Below, one piece after another: positions 1 through 14,317 of a DNA stretch of 64,000 nt; position 1 is the first letter of the stretch, and each line of letters starts with the position of its first letter. A program made the position numbers and the translations under genes. The notes beneath the pieces were generated by a model, which saw nothing but the letters and a program-made list of their open reading frames with translations, did not search any database and was not told the DNA's origin. Origin of the DNA: Octopus vulgaris (taxonomy: Eukaryota); the NCBI GenBank assembly GCA_951406725.2, contig OX597819.1:69440001-69504000 (forward strand). The letters run 5' to 3'.

Positions 1-129
1 AGTTTTTCTGACTGCTTAAACAAATATTTACTGATTCTAAACGCTCCTCTCCAAAACTAGTATATTGAAAGGTTGCTTTTTTTTTGTCAGGCACCACATA
101 CACACACTAAACACATGCATGCGTCTACA

Positions 130-393
130 TATGCATACATAATATATATATATATATATATATACAAAATCACAGACACACATGTATTTGCATTCATGGT
201 GTGTACGTGTTTAGCAGATTCTACATATGTCCGTCGAAGCATAAATGCCTATGTATGGTACATATCAAAGTGTATGAGTAATTATATATATATATATATA
301 TACGTACAGATTTACATATACGTGTATTCACTATATATACATACATATATATTTATATACATATTTATACATACATACATATATCTATATTTA

Positions 394-468
<75 letters not shown>

Positions 469-478
469 ATATATATAT

Positions 479-519
<41 letters not shown>

Positions 520-560
520 GTGATAGATTGATTGATGGATAGATAGATTGATAGCTAGAT
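130..560. repeat. Compound microsatellite (TA)n/(TATC)n/(TAGA)n
   Basis: Direct reading; (ATCT)n then (TA)n then (AGAT)n. Confidence 0.95.
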
Positions 561-984
561 GCATACATGGGAATATACATACATAAATATAATCGCGTGC
601 GCACTTGTTGTCAGTCTGTGTGTATGTGAAAATGAACGTGCATGCGTTTGTGTTTGTGTGCGCGCATGCATGTCTGTCTGTTCATGTATGTGTGTGTGTT
701 GATCTATTGCATAATTTTTCGTACACGATACATCACTTCCTTGCAGAAGGATAAACAAAAGACAAAAACAAAACGAGGAAGAAGAAAAAAAGGAAAACAA
801 ACGGAATCAAGAAGTGAAAAGGTATCAGTGAATGCAGTGTGTATGCCGAAAGGAAATCGAATAAACGAGCATCTGTTGGCATAGATCATTATCGGAGTCC
901 CTTTCTAGAATTCTCTGTCCTTGCTTCATGCCGTCACCCGTTGACAGTTATGGACAAGATTTATTCCTTTGGTTGCATCATAAT

Positions 985-1490
<506 letters not shown>

Positions 1491-2467
1491 TCTATTCATC
1501 TACTTCTCTCTATATATATGTATGCGTACGTTGACATAACGGTCACTTCAGTGTTGAGATTTCACTCATATATAATAGAAAAAAATGATCCTCTTGTTTC
1601 AAGCTCATGTCGTTTCCCTTATCTGCTGCACTTACATTCACTCTTCCTTTTACTTCCAAGAAACCGTCCACCATATTTGTTTATATTTTCCTTGTTCTTC
1701 TGCCCTATCGTCCTTCTCATTTTTTTGTTCTTTATTTTTTTAAATATTTATTTCCTCCGTTATATGTAATATTTGATTTCCTTCTTATTTCTTCTTATTT
1801 TTTTATATGGTTGATTTTGATTTTGTATGTGGTTGTGACGGTTATTTTATTTTGGTTATCTCGACATGGGTTTTTTTTCAACAAGCTTTCATGATATACT
1901 TACTTGCCCTCGCTTCTATTTTACCGTGTTCGTTGCACTGGAATTGCTGTACTTCTGTGTATGTGTGCATGCATTTATATTATTGTTGTTATTCTTCTTC
2001 TTCTTATCAAAATGGTTCCTAACGTTGTTAATGTTAGTTGGTTATAACTCTCTATTTGACGCTTGTGTTACTTTTTATTTCGTATTTTCTACGATATCGT
2101 TGTCAATACCGGTGGAGCAACTGATGCCGGTGATACTGTGACTGCTTATAATAACATAACACTCGTTTTGAAACGTTTTATTGAAGAATTTATTTAGCTT
2201 TCCTATTTGTTCCTTGTACATGTTACAATTTTCGATTATTTATTTAACATTTCACATTAATCTTCATAGCTTGCCCTGATTCATTGCTTCAATTTCAATA
2301 GAAATTTTATGTCAAACTCTTAGCTTTGAGGACTTTATAACTTGTTTTATTATTATTTTCATTTTTGACCAAACCTCTGGTAGCTTATCTCAACGCTTCT
2401 TCTTTAACACTTCTTATTATAATGGATGTCATTGATATTTTATCATTATTATTATTATTACTATTAA

Positions 2468-2502
<35 letters not shown>

Positions 2503-3750
2503 TTGTTTGTATTTGTAAGACTGTTTCCTTTGTTGGTGTTGTTGATATTCCGGTCGTTGGTAAAGTTACTTTCATGTCGTGTATGCTTTCATCGATTTTT
2601 CTCGTTTTCTCGTTTCGGGTTTTTGATGTTACCATCGTCACCGTTGCGGTGCGCTCTTTCCCGGTTGTCGTTAATTTTGTTCCCGTTATTTGGACGTTGG
2701 AATGTTGGTCTCATACTTTTTATTTCATTTGTAATGGATAAGCATAATTTCTATTTTATTTTATTTGTTGCTATTTTGGAATTTATTTTCTTCTTGTATT
2801 ATTGATATAGGTCTCGTCTTCTCTATTGTCCATTTACTGCTGTTATATAACGCGAACATGTCTTTTTTGCTGTTGTTGCTTTTTGTTTAGCAAATATGTC
2901 AGCAAAATTGTATTTCGTCCGTCTTTCGAATCCCAGAATCCCTTGTGGTAACGATTTTAGTGTGTTAGAACCACACACTCGATTCACAAGAGCTGCTCTG
3001 TGGCAGAATACAACAATGATTAGCATATTCACGTCCGAATCTGCCAGATTCGGACCGATTAAAGACTAAATATACGAGCCATGATTTTGAATCTCACTGT
3101 TCTCAGTCGATATGGCCGTTTATCTCTAAAGTGGCTGTTTATTAATATTTATGCTGCAGATAGTCTGATGTTAGGGTAGTGGAACGCAGGCGCAAGAAAA
3201 CTTTCAGCAAATCTCTCGTCGAATATACTTAAACCCCTTATAAATTCTGACTTGACATCATCCCACTCCAAAATAAACGAAAAAACAAACAAATACAAAC
3301 AAATAACATCCTGTGTGCTTCTATTAAAGATTTGTTAGATTCTCGCATATATCGTTTTGGAGAATTTCTTACGAATTTCACCGCTCTGAGGTCAAATAGC
3401 GCTGAGGTCACCTTTGACTCTCATCAACCCGGAATCGATAAAATAAAATGTCTGCCAAACACTAGCCTCGATATCGTTGTCTGTTCCCCTCTACCACTAA
3501 ATTTTGCCTATATCAGAGGCAATTAATTTTCAATGTAAAATGATATACGATATATTTTAGTTGGTTGTAATTATTGTAGCAGTTCTTATTGTTATTGTCG
3601 GCATTATACTATTGATGTAGATATTAGTTTTATAGCCGTCCTCTTATTATCATTGTTATAATTCTTTGTAAGTGACTATCAGATAGACTTAATACGTTTT
3701 ATGGTACTATTATTATTTATATAGTTAGCTCTACACATTTTATTACATTT

Positions 3751-3785
<35 letters not shown>

Positions 3786-4014
3786 ATACGATAACAATGG
3801 CGATGTTAGATGTTGGGCTTCATCGTGTTTACAGCAAAGTCTGATAATGTTTCCTTTTTATATATTGTAGCTTTTGTCATTGATCTTTTTACAGTTGCTG
3901 CTGTCGTTTTCGCTGCAATCGTATCTTAGAACTGTATTATAATTGAAATTTTTCAAATCGTCATCAGCATCATTATTATTAAATTTATACTATTACTACA
4001 ATTACTATTACTAT

Positions 4015-4128
4015 TACTAATAATAATGATGATGAAAATAATAATAATAATAATAATTAGAAGAAGAAGAAGAAGAAGAAGAAGAAGAAGAAGAAGAAGA
4101 AGAAGAAGAAGAAGAAGAAGAAGAAGAA
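4015..4128. repeat. (TAA)n then (GAA)n microsatellite
   Basis: Direct reading. Confidence 0.95.
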
Positions 4129-4288
4129 TTTCTACTCTAGGCACAAGGCCCGAAGTTTTTGGAGTAGGGGCCAGTCGATTAGATCGACCACGAGTGGATG
4201 AAATGCAAAGTCGACCGCAGCAGAATTTGAACCCATGTCGTAAAGACAGACGAAATACCGCTAAATGTTTCTCCCAGCTCGCTGCCTA
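4128..4288 (-). mobile_element. Nin/Deu-domain SINE fragment
   Basis: Matches the family seen at 18842-19075 and 62125-62335 (ctactctaggcacaaggcccga...gcagaatttgaac...gacgaaataccgctaa). Confidence 0.8.
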
Positions 4289-4319
4289 ATGATAATAATA
4301 ATAATGATAGTAATAATAT

Positions 4320-5500
4320 ACAGTTATCTCTGTATTTTGAACTAGGACAAAATCAAGGAGAGTAAGATGAAGGAAAGCTTCATCTCAGATATTCGGAGAA
4401 TATCTCAGAAGAACAAAGATAATTATGAAGAGTGGACTCAAAGAAAAAGATCAGAACACTGAATGCATGGATATTGCGCAGGTACCATTTGACAGACAAA
4501 TGTGGAGCTTGAAGAAATGGATAGAAAACCAGGAAAGTGATGACATTGGACAAGAAACTGCACCCTAAAAGCGACATAAGCAAAATGTATGTGTCTAGAA
4601 ACCAGGGAGGAATATGGCTACTTGGATGAGAAAGACAATCTGGGATGGTTCAGCAAACACCAAACTAAGCCTTTGTTCGTTGATGTTAGAAACGAAAACA
4701 CGATACTCAGTGAAAAGAACTGAAAAGAGAAAGTGATGCAAGAGCAATACTTCAGAAAAACGGAAGAGAAAGACAATACCAACATTTGGATGTAGCTAAA
4801 GAAAATTGACCTAAATGGAGGAACTGAGGTATTGATATGCAGCACCCGGGCACATGCTCTGAAAATTAATTACACCAAGTTTCAAATAGAAAATAGTGCC
4901 ACACATCTTTTGTAGGACGTATGGCTCCAAAATGTAAACAGTGTCACACATTGAGGAGTGAATGTCGCAAATAAGCTCAAAAGTATTTTTAAAAAAGGAG
5001 ACATGATAACGTAGCTATGTTCGATGGAAATCATATGAGGTCATGAAAGGACATTGAAATGGTGCGAGCATAAACTAGGCGTCACCGAGAATAATCAGCA
5101 TAAGAGCTTATAGGATTTTACAATCCAGTGCGCTTCAGTGCGTAATACTCAGAGATAGTTGTAGTTGATAAAAATTATGAAGGAATCCAAGATCATAGAT
5201 ACTGTGATACCTGGGATGTACGTGTAGTCGATAAGGAAGTAAAAGAGACTAAGAAGTACGAATCACTAAATGTTGAAACTGCATGAGTGTGGGTAATGAA
5301 GTAACTGTCATCCCAATAGCTGTAGGGGAATTGGGGGTAGAGCATTAAGAGCCAGGTTTGAGAAATTAGGATTGATATGAGTGTAGAACATACTCAGGAA
5401 CCTGCTTTATTGGTGACAGCGAGGATTTCAAGATTAGTACTTGGATACCAAGTATGGCGTTAAGAGAGTCTGTGAGACCTTTGACAGTAGGTTGCTGTCT
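4320..5500 (+). mobile_element. Decayed R4/Dong-type (RLE-endonuclease) non-LTR retrotransposon, 3' half
   Basis: Frameshifted motifs ELEEMDRK/RKVMTLDKKLHPKSDISKMYVSRNQGG (~4505-4610), RRHDNVA (~5000), WCEHK, DFTIQC, KIIDTVIPG, KKYESL, IPIAVGELG are typical of the post-RT thumb, Zn-knuckle and RLE region; starts next to a (TAA)n tract. Confidence 0.85.
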
Positions 5501-5589
5501 GCTCATACAAGCTGGAGTAAGTTTTGAGAACTCTGAGAGAAGAAAGGTTAAATATGATTCCAGGATCCTAAAGAAAGAAGAGAAAAAAC

Positions 5590-5745
5590 ACAAATTAATT
5601 ATAATCCCTAAAAATTTGAAATTGCAACACTTTGGAATATGAAAACTGTAAAGTTTGTGCTTATAACAATTAGTGCCATGGGAAGTGTAAATAAAGATAT
5701 AGACAAATGGTTGAAGGAAAAGTCATTACCAAAGGTGCTACGCAA
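5590..5745 (+). mobile_element. Second R4/Dong-type RLE C-terminal fragment
   Basis: Translates FEIATLWNMKTVKFVLITISAMGSVNKDIDKWLKE, resembling the E..RLW...V.P.V.GALG motif. Confidence 0.6.
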
Positions 5746-5904
5746 TAAGACTGAACTGAAATCCATCTAGATACAAAACAACATTCTTAAATACAAATTC
5801 ATGCCTCGATTTAACTTTGCGTTTCATCTCACGATGTTGATAAAAGCTCTTTCGATCGATCATTTCGTCAACATTTACGAAATCTGATACATCAGTCGTC
5901 GTAC

Positions 5905-6215
5905 AAAAATCCGGAGCACTCCGTCGGTTATGACGACGAAGTTCCCAGCTGATACGATCAACTGAACAGCCTGCTCATGAAATTAACGTGCAAGTGGCTG
6001 AGCACTCCACAGACACGTGTACCCTTACCTTAGTTCTCAAGGAAATTCAGAGTGACACAAAGTGTAACAAGTCTGGCCTTTTGAAATACAGCTACAACTC
6101 ATTTTTGCCAGCTGAGTGGACTGGAGCAACGTGAAAAATAGTGTCGCCGGGGATTGAACTCACGACCTTACAATCGTGAGTCGAATGCCCTAACCACTAA
6201 GCCATGCGCCTTCAC
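5905..6215 (-). mobile_element. tRNA-derived SINE with Meta-like central domain
   Basis: Minus strand: gtgaaggcgcatggcttagtggttagggc (A box), gagttcaatccc (B box), then ttcacgttgctccagtccactcagctggcaaaaatgagt shared with 34345-34854. Confidence 0.85.
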
Positions 6216-6369
6216 ATCAGTCGCTGTACTTAACATTATAACAAATATGTTCAGGTATATACACAAATTCTATTGAAACGACCAGGATCCATTTACTTCA
6301 CATCTAAGCAGAACACTGCCCGCAGCACCTAATTACCGCGTTGCCATGTAGATGTATTTCTATAGGTTT

Positions 6370-6590
6370 AAGGTGACGAGTTGATTGAATCGTAACCGCG
6401 TCAGGCTAAATGCTTAGCGGCACTTCTTCCATCTTTACCTTCTGAATTCAAGCGCCGCCGAGATTGACTTTACCTTTCATCCTTTCGGGGTCGATAACAT
6501 AAGTACCATTTGAACTGTGAGGTCAACGATTTAATCGGCTTACCTCCTTCCGTGATATTGCTGGCTTTGTGCCAAAATTTGAAATCAATA
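6370..6590 (+). mobile_element. Nin/Deu-domain SINE (old copy)
   Basis: cctttcatcctttcggggtcgataacataagtacc Nin-domain motif. Confidence 0.8.
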
Positions 6591-7151
6591 TTTTGTTTTG
6601 CTTTCTTTGAAGGGGAAACTACTGTTACTGAATCGTCATCATCATCACCTTCCTCATCATCGTCATCATCATCATCGTCATCTTCACAATCATCATCATC
6701 AGCAGCAGCAGCAGCACCATCACCATCGTCATTGTCAACTTAGTATCTGCGTTGCTGTGCTTGCTTCGATCGCACAGAATACATTGAGGCAGCTTTTCTA
6801 CAGCCGGATGGCCTTGCTATCGCTAAACTTCACCTACTTTAAAGTAAAGATGTATTTCGTCATGGCCAGTTATGTTTTTCCTTAATATTCTACCAATTAT
6901 ATACGTTTTTATTATTTTTTTTTTTTTGCAATTTACTTAATGGTGGAGGGACACAGACACACAAGCACACACACACACACATATACCAAATCCACTCACA
7001 AGGCTTTGGTCGGCCCGAGGCTATAGCGGCAATGGTTCTGTGAGAGATAATCGTCATTTAATACCCACTGTATTAAAATAAGAGCCACTGCTACTCTCTT
7101 GCCTCTAAGACAGAAACGTGAGAGAATTGGCACCTTTTTTATAACGTGCCT

Positions 7152-7497
<346 letters not shown>

Positions 7498-7779
7498 CAA
7501 AAGATGTGTAGAGGTAACACACGTGTAGGTAGATATTTATGAATGAGAAACAAGAACGAAAATTGGGTACATTTTAATTTTCCTTTCACATGTTTTGGAT
7601 TTTGAAAAACCTTATCAAAAATATGTACTAAAATGGAATATGTAGAGAGAAAAGAACTATTTATAAAATTAAACTAAAATTAAAGTCAACATTCATAGTT
7701 TACTTTCCTTTTTCCTGCAAGAGACACGTGAAAATGTCCTTTGGTTCTGGTAGTATGATCGCAAATTACTATTATTACA

Positions 7780-7993
7780 CTTTTTCTTTTACTTGTTTCA
7801 GTCATTTGACTGTGGCCATGCTGGAGCACTGCCATTAGTCGAGCAAATTGGTCCCAATTCTTTGTAAGCCTAGTACTTATTCTATCGATCCTATAGTAGA
7901 AAACACTTGCCCAAGGTGCCACGGAGTGGGACTGAAGCAGGAACCGTGTGGTTGGTAAGCAAGCTACTTACCATACAGCCACTCCTTACTCCT
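7780..7993 (-). mobile_element. Octopus-type CORE-like SINE, internally deleted
   Basis: Tail (ttacttgtttcagtcatttgactgtggccatgctggagcac) joined directly to head (cttgcccaaggtgccac...ctactta ccatacagccactc). Confidence 0.85.
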
Positions 7994-8073
7994 AAATTAA
8001 AATGTACCCAATTTTAAGAAAGTAGCGTTTTCGTTCTTGTTTATCATATATATGTGTGTGTGTGAGTGTGTGT

Positions 8074-8168
<95 letters not shown>

Positions 8169-8612
8169 TGTGTAAGCGCCAGGCTTATTTCTGTCTCTAT
8201 CTTCCAAATATACTCACAAGTATTCGTTCTGCGTGGACCTAAAATGGAAAAATTTTACATGACGCCATGTAGAGAAAGTGATCCCGGAGTGATGTGGTTA
8301 GAAGTTAACTTTTTGCCACACGTCCGCGCCTGAAATAGATGCAGAAAATATCATCAATGTTTCTAATATTCTCTGCGTTATATTTAATGGATTCATACTA
8401 TGCTTAAAAGCCTGTTATTACATTTTTTTTTCTTCGATCATTCCTAATTTTTGTTGAAAATGTCAGAAATAATCAGCTCCAGGAAAAATATGTAGAAATT
8501 AGCTTCAACACTGACGGCGTAGGAGGGCGGAATTAAACAATGGTGGGAAGCAGCAGCAAGCGAAAAAAAAATGTATGAAGCTAAAAACGAAACATAAATG
8601 AAATAATATGTA

Positions 8613-8614
<2 letters not shown>

Positions 8615-8663
<49 letters not shown>

Positions 8664-9425
8664 ATAAATGGAAAAAGGACGAAAAAGGAGAAGAAGAAAT
8701 ACTGTGAAATGGGATGACGAAAAGATTTGAATAATGGACGAAAGGAGATTGAAGAGAGAGAAGGAATAAAATTCAAAAACGAGATTGCTAGGAAAAAGAC
8801 AAGATCAACTGAAACGCAAGGAAAACTTGATGGAAGAGAAAAGAAAGGAGGGAAGGAAGGAGGGAAGGAAGGAAGGAAGGAAGGAAGAAAGGAAGGAGGG
8901 GTGGAAGCACCAAACGAGGGAAGCAAGGAAGGAAGAAAGGAAGGAGGGGTGGAAGCACCAAACGAGGGAAGTAAGGAAGGAAGAAAGGAAGGAAGCAAGC
9001 GAGAAATGGAGCAAGGAAGAAATGAAAGAAGAAAGGAAGGAAGCAAGCAAGCAATGAACAAACGAACGAACGAAGCAAGAAAGGAAGGAAGGAAGGAAGG
9101 AAGGAGGGAAGGAAGCAGGAAAGGAAGGAACAAAGGAAGGAAGCAAGCAAGGAAGGAAAGAAACAAGCAAGCAAGCAATCAAGGAAGGAATGAATGAATG
9201 AAGGAAGGAAGGAAGGAAGGAAGGAAAGGGGGCAGGAAGCAGGAAAGGAAGGAAGAAAAGAAGGAAGCAAGCAAGCAAGAAAAGAAACAAACAAGCAAGT
9301 AATGAATGAATGAATGAAGGAAGGAAAGAAGGAAGGAAGGAAGGAAGGAAGGAAGGAAGGAAGGAAGGAAGGAAGGAAGGAAGGAAGGAAGGAAGGAAGG
9401 AAGGAAGGAAGGAAGGAAGGAAAAG
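8615..9425. repeat. Long polypurine (GA)n/(GGAA)n tract with a 48-bp internal duplication
   Basis: Purine-rich + strand; ggaagaaaggaaggaggggtggaagcaccaaacgagggaag repeated at ~8883 and ~8931. Confidence 0.9.
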
Positions 9426-9690
9426 AGCAGAGAGTTGAATCGACCACATGACAAACGGGACCGATGCGTTTTCGTAAGTGGTGTGCCTATTGCTTGATTA
9501 AACGTTCCTAAGTCTCACAGATGTGGAGTTTTGTGCTGGAGGGATGCCGGGATGATAAAAGGCTTCTGGCATTCAGCAGCAACAATCGTGTGGTGTATAG
9601 GTGTCAGATATGTCCACTGGTCTGAAATAGGATATTTTTGCGGTGATCCTGCGTGTTGATGTATCATTGTACGTGCATATGTTCGTGTGT

Positions 9691-9728
<38 letters not shown>

Positions 9729-9732
<4 letters not shown>

Positions 9733-10002
9733 TTTTAATGCAAGAAAATGGAATTAACAGGCTTTAATCCAAATCACTACAATTGTCTCTGTGCTTTAGT
9801 ATCAGCTGCTAACTGCTGAGTGTTTAATATATTATACATATTCTTGCACGTCTTCAGGTGATTGCGTTCGAGATTACCCATAGTTTCCCTTTGTTTTGTA
9901 GCCATATTCAATCTTTAACCTTCCCTTTGACAATTAGGAACAGACTCAATTGTAGTGCTTTGGATTAAGCCCTGTTTATTCCTTCTTCTAGTATTAAATT
10001 TC
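9729..10002. mobile_element. Foldback element with ~63 bp imperfect inverted repeats
   Basis: gaaattttaatgcaagaaaatggaattaacaggctttaatccaaatcactacaattgtctctgt is mirrored by acagactcaattgtagtgctttggattaagccctgtttattccttcttctagtattaaatttc. Confidence 0.75.
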
Positions 10003-10212
10003 GTTTTGCTTGAAACTTGCAGATATGAACGTATTTCTGAATGTGCTTCTAGTAAAAAGGAGAATTTCCAGCGCATGTTTGAATATGTTAACCATTACTC
10101 GTAGACGAGCTCTGGAAACAGTCCATCAGATTATTGCCCTCCAGATATTATCTAATTATATATCTATCTATCTATCTATCTATCTATACATACATACATA
10201 CACATACATACA

Positions 10213-10292
<80 letters not shown>

Positions 10293-10294
<2 letters not shown>

Positions 10295-10771
10295 GGGTAG
10301 GGAAGCAAAACTTGCAATATTTTGGAAGCCTTATTTTTCAGATATTCATGACTGTGGACTGTGTCGCATGGGGCAAATTGGAGCACTTTACCAACAGAAC
10401 TTCGCATCCCAGTGTTCATCATCGTAAGTAAGTCCTGAAAGAAGATTGGGACAACATGTCTGAGTACTGCATCATGAAGAGTTGTGACGCCTTCAGGCGG
10501 CGTGTGATGGCTTTAGTGGACAACGAAGGCGGACATATTGAATAAATTGTCACTTTATACCACTATAGTCTTGTGTTAAAATTATAAAGTTATTTATATA
10601 AGCTTTAAGCTTATATAAATACCATTATTATCATTTACAGGATAGTAAAACGGCACCGTATAACAAAGCAATTCGCCAAAATTATATTTATATCAGGCTG
10701 CTGCTGGTTGTTGTAAAAGAAACAATTTGGTGAATTATCTATAATTTTCCAAGATTTGGTTTCCCACCCTG
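10293..10771 (+). mobile_element. Internally deleted Tc1/mariner (maT/DD37D-like) element with TIRs and TA target site
   Basis: TIRs ta|ccgggtagggaagcaaaacttgcaatat and attttccaagatttggtttcccaccctg|ta; 10354-10545 translates VDCVAWGKLEHFTNRTSHPSVHHRK*VLKEDWDNMSEYCIMKSCDAFRRRVMALVDNEGGHIE*, a transposase C-terminus. Confidence 0.88.
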
Positions 10772-10777
10772 TACATA

Positions 10778-11065
10778 GTGACGGCGCACGGCCTAGTGTT
10801 TGGAGATGTTGCACTCAATGTCGTGATTTCGATTCCCGGACCGAGCAGTATACTGTCTTCTCGAGCAAAGCATTTCATTTCATGTTGCACCAGTCCAATG
10901 AGCTGTAAATAGGTCACACTGAGATTGACTGATTTTCCGATCAAGACGAAAGTTGACCTGCTCAACGAGTCAGCGAGATGACATCATTTGAGATCAAAAA
11001 CCATACAAAGTGCCCAGCAATGTATAGCATCCCAGAATCTGGTCGATCAAGAGATCATGTGATGT
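10778..11065 (+). mobile_element. Old tRNA-derived SINE with tail related to 53425-53735
   Basis: A/B-box-like head (ggcctagtg...tttcgattcccggacc); tail ctggtcgatcaagagatcatgtgat resembles ctggtcggtcacgtgatcacgtgat. Confidence 0.65.
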
Positions 11066-11196
11066 ATGTGCGTGTATACCCGTGTGTGTGCGCGCGCGTG
11101 TGTGTGTATGCGTATATAGGCATGTAGGAATATGTATACCAAGAGATATCGTATATACATATACTTATATATGTGTGTGTGTGTATCTGTGTATGT

Positions 11197-11374
11197 ATAG
11201 GCGCAAGCGTCGCTACGCGCTAAGATGCTTGCTTCCCAACCGCATGGTTCCGCGTTCAATCCCACTGCGCTGCATAATTAGCAAGAGACTTCTACTATAA
11301 CCTCGGGTCGACCAAAGACTTATGAGGGGATTTGGTAAACAGAAACGGAAAGAATCCCGTCGCATTTATATGGG

Positions 11375-11414
<40 letters not shown>

Positions 11415-11485
11415 CGTATGTGTCTCTGCACTTGTCCTACCGCCAATGCTTGACACCCGACGCTGGTCTGTTTGTCCCCGTAACT
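11197..11485 (+). mobile_element. Octopus-type CORE-like SINE, 3'-truncated
   Basis: taggcgca...gcatggttccgcgttcaatcccactgcg...cttctactataacctcggg. Confidence 0.8.
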
Positions 11486-11812
11486 TATTCTTTATAAACC
11501 TAGAACTTATTCTATCGATCTCTTTTGCTAAACCGCTAATTTACGGGGACCTAAGCACACCAGCATCGGTTGTCAAGCGATGTTGGGTGGACAAACACAG
11601 ACATACAAACATATACACACACATGCATATATGTATATGCATATAAACAACAGGCTTCTTTCAGTTTCCGTCTACTAAATCCACTCACAAAGCTTTGGTT
11701 GGCCCGATGATATAGTAGAATACACTTGCCGAAGGAGCTACGCAGTGGGACTGAACCCGGAACAAGGTGGTTAGTAAGCAAACCACTTACCACACAGCCA
11801 CTCCTACGCCTA
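11486..11812 (-). mobile_element. Octopus-type CORE-like SINE, inverted relative to its neighbour
   Basis: Family motifs cttattctatcg, ccagcatcggttgtcaagcg, aatccactcacaa, cagtgggactgaacccgg. Confidence 0.85.
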
Positions 11813-12277
11813 CATTGATTAATATTCATTAGAAAAACAATTATTTCTGTAGTATTTTTCAAACTTCGAAATTCAGGAATAAAAAAAAGAAGTTTAGTGG
11901 GACTTAAGACAACACGATTGCATTAAAACGAATTAATATTGAACAGAGGCTAAAAACAAAGAACATTTAGTCTTTCTTTCTCTATTTTCCTCTTATAAAC
12001 AACAAGAAAACGAAAAATAAGAAAAAAAAATACAAGTGTAGAAAATAATAAAATGTCAAATAAATCTATAGAAACTAATAGATATTGGTTGGTTATGAGA
12101 TAGGTGAGATATATTCTGAATATCGTCCAAGAGCGAATTCTTTTGTCAAATTAAAGCGAGTCTTTTCGAAAATGATTGGCTAAGATCCAGGTAAACACTT
12201 CGACGTTTAGTTCAAAGACATTCAAAGCGATATTTACACCATTTTTCGTGTGGTGTGATTATATATATATATATATG

Positions 12278-12335
<58 letters not shown>

Positions 12336-12667
12336 CTTATGTATATGTGTATATTTGTATGTATGTGTGTATCTATGCACGTATATCTATATATTTAATT
12401 ATATATATTTATACACACACTCACACACGCGTGCATAAATGTGATTTTATAGTTATACATCATTCAGTCTCTTATAACGTGGCGGCGATGCTGGAGCACC
12501 GCTTTTACGTATCTCTATTCGATCGTATTGATCCCAGTATTATTGTCTGTCTGGAAATTATGTCCGATGTTTATCGACCTCCGTATTTACCATTTTACAT
12601 AAAGAGACCAGTATCTACCGAGGATACTTGCATCCTCTCTCTCTCTCACACACACACACACAAATGC

Positions 12668-12716
<49 letters not shown>

Positions 12717-13096
12717 CACAAACACACACATATATTTATATAAAGTTCATTCTTTTTTATTTACACACATCAGGTTTCCTTCGGAAGCATTGGTGAAGCT
12801 GAAGCTAAACTATTACTTCCTGACCTGAGTTTCAGTGGAACAAAATTCTTGCGAGACGAAACTTCGAACCGCACGGATCGATATCAATGTCTGAGTGTAT
12901 CGCGACCAGCTGGCGGAATCGTTTGCAGCCCGTACAAAATGCGTAACAGCGTTTCGTCCGTCTTTAAGATCTGCGTTCAAATTCCGCCGAGATAGATGTT
13001 GCATTTCATGCTTTGGGGAACGATAAAATAAGTAGTTATCGATCACTGGATCGATATAATCAACTCAACCTCTTCCTCGATACTGCTGGCCTTATA

Positions 13097-13510
13097 CTTT
13101 TTTACTCTTTTACTTGTTTCAGTCATTTTGACTGCGGCCATGCTGGAGCACCGCCTTTAGTCGAGCAAATCGACCCCACGACTTATTCTTTGTAAGCCTA
13201 CTACTTATTCTATCGGTCTCTTTTGCCGAACCGCTAAGTTACGGAAGCGTAAATACACTAGCATCGGTAATCAAGCGATGATGGAGGGACAAACACAGAC
13301 ACAAACACACACACACACATATATATATATACAAATACATATATACGGCGGGCTTCTTTCAGTTTCCGTCTACCAAAACCACTCACAAGGCTTTGGTCGC
13401 TCCGAAGCTATAGTAGAAGACACTTGCCCAAGGTGCCACACAGTGGGACTGAACCCGGAACAATGTGGTTCGTAAGCAAGCTATTTACCACACAGCAACT
13501 CTTACGCCTT
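13097..13510 (-). mobile_element. Full-length Octopus-type CORE-like SINE
   Basis: tRNA-like head, ggcaccttgggcaagtg CORE-like motif, internal (TG/TA)n, tail ...gactgaaacaagtaaaagagtaaa. Confidence 0.92.
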
Positions 13511-14214
13511 ATGCTAAAATTTGAAATCAATTTAATTTAGCAGTTGTTAATATGTTTCACACCTTGATCCCTGGGCACCTAGGTGCTATTTTATCCTGGC
13601 TAGTTGTGTTCATTTCTGACAGGAATTAGAAGCCAGGCAGCCATAACATATATATGATACAACCCCTACATTGCCATTAAGCTATAAAGCATGTAAACTC
13701 TTTATATGAACTTAGAGTGTTTCTCTGCCAATATTCGCCTTACTATGCTAAGAGTTATAATTTATGCTATTGTTAATATCTTTACAAAGTCCTTTTCTTA
13801 TTTTTACTTTCTATCATCATAAGTTGTTTTTTTTTATTTTATTTCTCATACGCTTGCTTCATCTGCCGATTGTATTTTCTCTAAGTCATTTATCCAACCT
13901 GTTTTTTAAGCCGTTTATCTTCTTCATTTTTCAATGATGTTCTCTAAAATGTTCTACACCGGCGTCGATAATATGACGCTACTTCATTCAATTTTCGGTA
14001 TGTTGCTCCCAGGATTTAGGCTTGATACAGCTGTACTTCATCGTCTGCCTCAGTGGGACTTACACCTATATATGATATACATTTATATATATATGCGTGT
14101 ACGGCTGCAGAAATGAATGTATGCATGCACGCATACATACATACATACATACATACATACATACATACATACATACATACATACATACATACATACATAC
14201 ATACATACATGTAT

Positions 14215-14317
<103 letters not shown>

